Assembly: GCA_905178155.1 (NCBI GenBank)
Contig: CAJINV010000003.1
Span: forward strand, 6,167,985-6,231,984
Direction: 5' to 3'
DNA: 64,000 nucleotides
DNA from: Amoebophrya sp. A120
Taxonomy: Eukaryota > Protista > Dinoflagellata
The translations under genes were made by a program, and so were the position numbers. The notes beneath the pieces were generated by a model, which was given only the letters and a program-made list of their open reading frames with translations, was not told the origin of the DNA and did no database searches. Numbering within the stretch: position 1 is the first letter of the stretch; each line of letters starts with the position of its first letter. Positions 58,801-64,000 of the stretch are shown piece by piece.

Positions 58801-59627
58801 GTGGCTTGTTCCGGAATTTCAGCGCGCCGGCGACCACGTCCCCCTCGACCTTTTTTAGAGCACCCTCACGAACGTGGATCTGCAGGAGCCGCCGCAGTTC
58901 CTGCTTGCTGTGGATGGTACCCATTTCATCTCCCAGAATCCAGTCCAGTGCGTAGGCGAGCGGGTACGCCAGCGGCAACAGGAGAAACATCAAGAACTTT
59001 ACCACATTAGCGGTGCGCGCGCCGATCGGCAGCGCATACCGCGAACAGCTCGCCTGGGGCAGGATCTCTCCAAATACCACGATCACCGCCGTGGACACCA
59101 GAAAACCAGTCATGCCAGATGTCAGATTCGCCATCAGAATCGCAAGCATGGAGTTTACCTACGAGAACGTTGATTAATAGCGTATTTGTACTTTTATTTT
59201 AACTATGTTGGCTTTAGTACTTCTTGCAAAGACTTTTACTGAACTCCCAACATGCACATCCACATCCTGGGGTTGCACTTCTTCCATGTCGAATTGGTAA
59301 AGAGAAAGTGAAAGACAAACACAAATGAACGCAATATTACAAAATGACCGCTCTTACCGCTACATTTCCGAGCAATAGTGTGCACAGAAGGCGGTTTCCG
59401 TTTTTTCGGACTGGGATGATCTTGCGGGCATTGGCCGCGGCGACCTTGTCCTCGGAGTGCGCAATGATATCGAGCCCCGTTATGTCGAGTCCCAACAAGC
59501 CTAGCGTGAGGCCCGAAAAAAGACCCGACATGATGACGAGGAGGAAGACGATACCGAAAGCCACCTGTGTAGTACGTTTTGAAGTTTTTGGCTCGCAGTT
59601 AGTTTGTTCCTGCAGATTTGCAGCCAT
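55850..59627 (-). CDS. CNNM: CNNM/CorC-family metal (Mg2+) transporter (DUF21 + CBS pair + cNMP-like domain), multi-exon
   Basis: SGLFSGLTLGLLGLD, LLCTLLLGNVA/VN, FGEILPQA, SGFSRIPVY, GIVTLEDVIEEILQDEIVDETD, IILTG...VGRDGF...PDFSA. GT-AG introns. Both ends approximate. Confidence 0.93.
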
Positions 59628-60269
59628 CAGTACTATTCGTCGAGATGAACATACAAGGCAAAAAGCAAATTGGTACCGCATTTGAAAACGGAAGCGGGTC
59701 CTGTTCGTCGCATCCCGACAGATTCCGTGAATCAGTGCTGGGGCTGGCGTTGGAGCGATACACAAAAGCGGAGAGGGTGCTACTAAGCTGCTCGAATCCT
59801 TTGAGAAAAGAATTCGGCTCCCAGTCCCACGACATTCGAATAAGAGATGTATGAAAAAACACGCCGTCAATTCCTCATCCTGAAACAGCCGGTATACCCA
59901 GCAACCTAAAAAAACCTCGTACAAACGCCAGACTATGACAAATCAGAATATCGGCTTTGAAATTCTTGTCGCAAAAAACTCAGTTAGCAGTTGTGGTAAA
60001 AACGAGGACACATCTCACAAAAAGAAAAACCACCAGCAGTATTTGCTCTCCTTGAAACCTTGTTGCCACCCACTCGACATAACTTGCACACGCGTTCTTT
60101 TTGCAAAGCATTCTTTATCTTTTTACTGTATCTCACAACTCTACTGTCCTCTAGAAATTGCCGAAAAGGAAAACGGTCGTGTACCACAAAAACGCTGTTT
60201 TCCTCCCAGCTTCGAAGTACACAACCGAAAAAGTCTTGCGGACAGGGACGCGCTGTCCTATCGTCGAAG

Positions 60270-63200
60270 AGTCAGGAATTCACTGTACAACAGCTGGATG
60301 AAACCGACACAGGAAGCGCTTTACAAAAAAACGACTTTCATTCCGTGCCAGGCGCTAACGCGCGGGCATGCATCACGACTAACGTTATTGCACCCCGCCG
60401 CATGCCGCCAGTATCCACCACTACAAATTTCATACAAAACCGGCCGGGGCCTAGTACTACGGATCCCCCACACGACAAATAGCCCCGCCGGGTGCATAAA
60501 CCTGGGGCTCCAGTGCCGAGCAAGATCACCGGGGGGAGGACTAAGCTAAGCCCCTTGGGCGTAGTGTACTTAAGCTATCGCCCCCGTGTATGTAGCGTGG
60601 CGCGGCGTGTTACACATAGGGAGTAGCACCGACGTACAATCGGAGGCGCTAGTAAATTGCTTTTACTTTCTAAAACATGTTCTGGACGCCGGCCAAGCGT
60701 AAAGAGTGAAGTAATTTTCTACATACTTTCTACTTTACGTTTACTTCTGTTCGTTTCCTCCTTTTAGCCACACCGCACAACGTACTAACTTGTTTGTTCT
60801 CACGAGCTTTTTTGCTTTCAACACCTTCAACTTTTGTTTTTCAGTTCTCTCTCAGCCGCCTCATACAAAATCCTGCTGCCCACAGCTTCTTCAACCTCAA
60901 ATGATTCGCCCTGCCCGTGTGTCTGCGTAGGTGGGAATCAGCATGGGATCGTCGGCAGAAGTGTGTACGGCGGGCACTTCGCCGTCGCTACAGGAAGCTA
61001 GAACAGCAGCAGCGGCACGGAGTATTGTGGGTCTCAGTGGCAACTGTCTGGATCGGGGGTTTCGGCGACAGCTGGGGCATCGACACGAAGGGGACCCTCA
61101 ACGCCAGGTCTGGGACGGGTTGTAGTACAATCGCAGGGGGTTCCGTTCCCACGGTGCTGGCATGGGGATCGTCGCCCGGGGTGCCCGCGACCTAGCGGAA
61201 CAGCTTTTCTATCGTATTATCATTTTTTCGAGTTGGCATTTCAAGCTACGCCTGTAAAAATTTAGTTGGGGAATAGCCTGCAGAAGTAAATTTTTTTTTT
61301 TTTTGGGTAAGTAAATCTATTTGACAACTGGGTGCAATGCTGTGTGAAGACAAAGAACAGGCTGCATAAACTGCGAATCCGGACTACACGCAGACGAAGA
61401 TCAGACTTATTCATTAATATGCATGGCAAACACATCAAAAATTCATATCGTCCTAGCCCGAGCGCAAGCGGCGTCGATACGCCCGCAGCGGGGCGCTCCG
61501 ACCGGTTTTCCCCTTGCACCTCAGTAGCACCATCAGCCGGGGTCGCACTGTCATCGACATCGCATTTGCCAACTCCGGGTCTGTATGCCGTCATTGCGGC
61601 GTTATCGTAGTACCGGTCAATTGTCCCGAAACTCATCGGGTTTGCAACCGGTCCAGGCTTACTCGCGTCAAGTGGTGCGGGCTGGATGATCTCCGGCCCG
61701 CTTGCTCGGTGGTCTGGCTGTTTACACCCCTCCAAACCCTTCAAACCGACTTTTGACCGTCTCCCCACCCTTCGAGCTCCACCATCGTCTTGCGCCCCGG
61801 CACAGCTATTGGTCTGCGAGTGGGCAGCGGGGGTCGCAGACACAGGCAGCCTGAGTTTTATTTTTTTTAATGGCCCCCCGGCACAATGCCGGGGGTAGCA
61901 TGGCCGGAAACTTACTACATCAGCTCTGGTTTTCTACTCGTCCAGCTGTCTTATCACCATAACTGCACACGGACCATGAGCATCAATCTCCATCAAACCA
62001 CAACCAGCATCAAAAGATCGCACACAGGCTAACACCATCGCAAGTTCTTCGAGAATGCGTCACTACTTGCCAGCACATGGACAAACCAAAATAATAGACT
62101 TCCATTTCGTATTCATTGCCTTTGTCGAAAAAGCAGGACTTCTGCCGCCATTATGAACTTTTTCATCTGTGCAGGTACTTCTGGGCGCGTGATCCTTTTC
62201 CGTGCGCTTGCTTTCGGATTGCCGAAGATCTTGGGAAAATCCTTTGACTCTGCTTTTTCACGACTACGGAGCACTGATCTTCGCATCTAGAATTTCTTTT
62301 GCAGCTGGCTGGTCACATGCCCTTCACGCAAAACTCTTTGCTCACAAAAAACTCATGAGACCAAGACCACACGTCATAAGAACGGGAGAAAGAATTCACT
62401 GTACAACAGCTGGATGAAACCGACACAGGAAGCGGATAAAGCCATGCATCTCTTACCCGATAAAGTGCGCGAATCTTCTGACCGAGATTCGACTCGACAA
62501 AACTAGGCGAAGACCCAAGTTGGGTCGCTTTGTGTCTCAAAGTTGTAGCCGCGCACTGAATTTACTAGGCTAAGAATATTGGCTGAGTGCTATACTCAGC
62601 GCAGTCCTGGCGGTCAAGACTAACAAGGCGAAGGCGTTTGGTGTTTTTGAATCTAGGCAAGCCAAGGTATGCACGCAGCATATATCGCTCCCTATTCTTA
62701 GGCTTGTAAATTCCGCGATGTTTGTGTTGCTACTTTTGCCTTTTCCTTGCCACACTCGTAGCAACGGATGTCAGCGACAGACGTTGCTCGAGTGGGCTTT
62801 TGCCCTTTGCAGCGCGTTGCGCTATGCTGGCTCTCCAGGTGCGGACTAGCCACACAGGGAGGCGACTACAGCCACGAGCTGGGGGAGCTCATACATTCCC
62901 TACTCTTATGCAGGGATAGGTGGGGATTGGCTAGTAGTTCTTACCCGTTCCCAATAGGGGAACTCCTTGGGCTCATAACTCTGTGGACGTGTCAAGCGTC
63001 AGGGACGAGGCATGCTCACTAGCATGCTGTCCTAAGATAGAGAACAGAGTCACTATCTAAGCAACCTAGTATGTAGGTGCTACTGCAGAGTTAAGGGCTA
63101 TTGATTCATCAGGCTACTGGCACTACGACCAGGAGCCATCTTGGCACTGTGTACATTGTTCACGTCATTCCATTGGTGTCGTTATCATCAGCATCCTAGT

Positions 63201-63403
63201 GGTGCCCTGTGTGTGATCCTCATGATCCTACTGGTGTGGCCCCTGTATTTACATCCTACACCTATGGGTGTGCTTTGACCTATTCATGGATCTCATTGAT
63301 CTAGGGAGCATGCTAGCAACTGCTCTAGTCCGAGACAGGTTGCTGCGCAATAAGTCAGGAATTCACTGTACAACAGCTGGATGAAACCGGCACAGGAAGC
63401 GCT
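60270..63403 (+). repeat. Three dispersed direct copies of a 43-51-bp sequence
   Basis: (AGTCAG)GAATTCACTGTACAACAGCTGGATGAAACCG(A/G)CACAGGAAGCG(CT) at 60270-60320, 62392-62434 and 63353-63403. Confidence 0.9.
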
Positions 63404-63408
63404 GCGGG

Positions 63409-63687
63409 TATCCTGAGTAAAAACGTCCCCACACCAGAGCTGTAATGCAGATTTGCAAAGACAGGAAGACTTGTAATGCGCATCCCCATGAGAGCCATTT
63501 CTAAGCGTGTTTTGGAATTTGTGATGCTGTAAACAGGATGAGCAGAAGAATCTGTGATGCGGCTGCACTTGCTAACCTGCACTACACTGCGGAGTGCAAC
63601 TTGTCATGCGTGACTCACAAAACCCCTAGGTTTGTGTTGCAAAATCCCCATCCTGACTTTGGTGTGGGGATGTTTTTACACAGGATA
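63409..63687. mobile_element. MITE family B (279 bp), TSD GCGGG, outside any recognisable intact gene
   Basis: TIR TATCCTG(A/T)GTAAAAAC(G/A)TCCCCACACCA. TSD at 63404-63408 and 63688-63692. Confidence 0.94.
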
Positions 63688-64000
63688 GCGGGGCCATTTG
63701 ACCTTGAAAACTACTGCAGCTAGTACCGCTGCGATGACATCATATCTCCGCTACAGCACTTACTCTGCTCTCTCCAACCAATGATCAGAGAGCATCTTCT
63801 ACTCAATTGCTTCACCGCAAGGAAGAGCTGCTGCAGTTTAAGGATACTGCTCTTATAGCATGATTTTCATCCAACTACAGCAAGGGGTAAGAATTTCTCC
63901 CCTGAGGGGTATTGCAGCCAATTTGAAGCACTCCAAGTAACTCCAGCACTGGGGCCCTCTACCAGGTGCAATTGAAACGTGTGCCGCGATTTTTGCGAGC

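Noticed and set aside
6816-60556. TAAGCCCCTT at about 6818, 42994 and 60547 as a promoter motif
   Set aside because: Post hoc 10-mer with inconsistent distance to start codons; one copy may be intragenic.
61262-61843. 193-aa minus-strand ORF as a gene
   Set aside because: Non-ATG start, no recognisable domain, ends in a homopolymer run, and lies in the repeat-rich segment.
60270-63403. CRISPR array
   Set aside because: Only three repeats, about 1-2 kb apart, in a eukaryotic context with no cas genes.
1-64000. rRNA, tRNA or snRNA genes
   Set aside because: None recognisable by eye; tRNAscan-SE or Infernal would be needed to exclude divergent ones.

Overview
Gene-dense eukaryotic (alveolate-like) genomic DNA. 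It most resembles a syndinian dinoflagellate such as Amoebophrya; this is inferred from gene organisation, not from a database match. About 16 protein-coding genes can be supported and all lie on the minus strand. Recognisable genes are APC1, RPT4/PSMC6, SF1/BBP, a GH47 alpha-1,2-mannosidase, a double YdcZ-type DMT transporter, TRM8/METTL1, an ankyrin/2OG-Fe(II) oxygenase, a divergent Prp18, a P-loop GTPase, a CNNM transporter, a cold-shock/RRM protein and an HPR/OPR-like helical-repeat protein. The dominant non-genic structure is a set of 14 short (211-307 bp) MITE-like elements in at least four families. All have TAT(C/G)...(G/C)ATA termini, long terminal inverted repeats and 5-bp target-site duplications. 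Thirteen sit inside reading frames, and removing the element plus one TSD copy restores the frame exactly in every case, so they behave as introner-type, mostly non-GT-AG introns. One family occurs in both orientations. They coexist with ordinary GT-AG introns. Two splicing factors in the same window (Prp18, SF1) have altered residues in normally conserved RNA-contacting motifs. A separate 1.86-kb GC-rich insertion flanked by a 38-bp duplication splits the first gene. All exon joins were worked out by eye and need RNA-seq confirmation.
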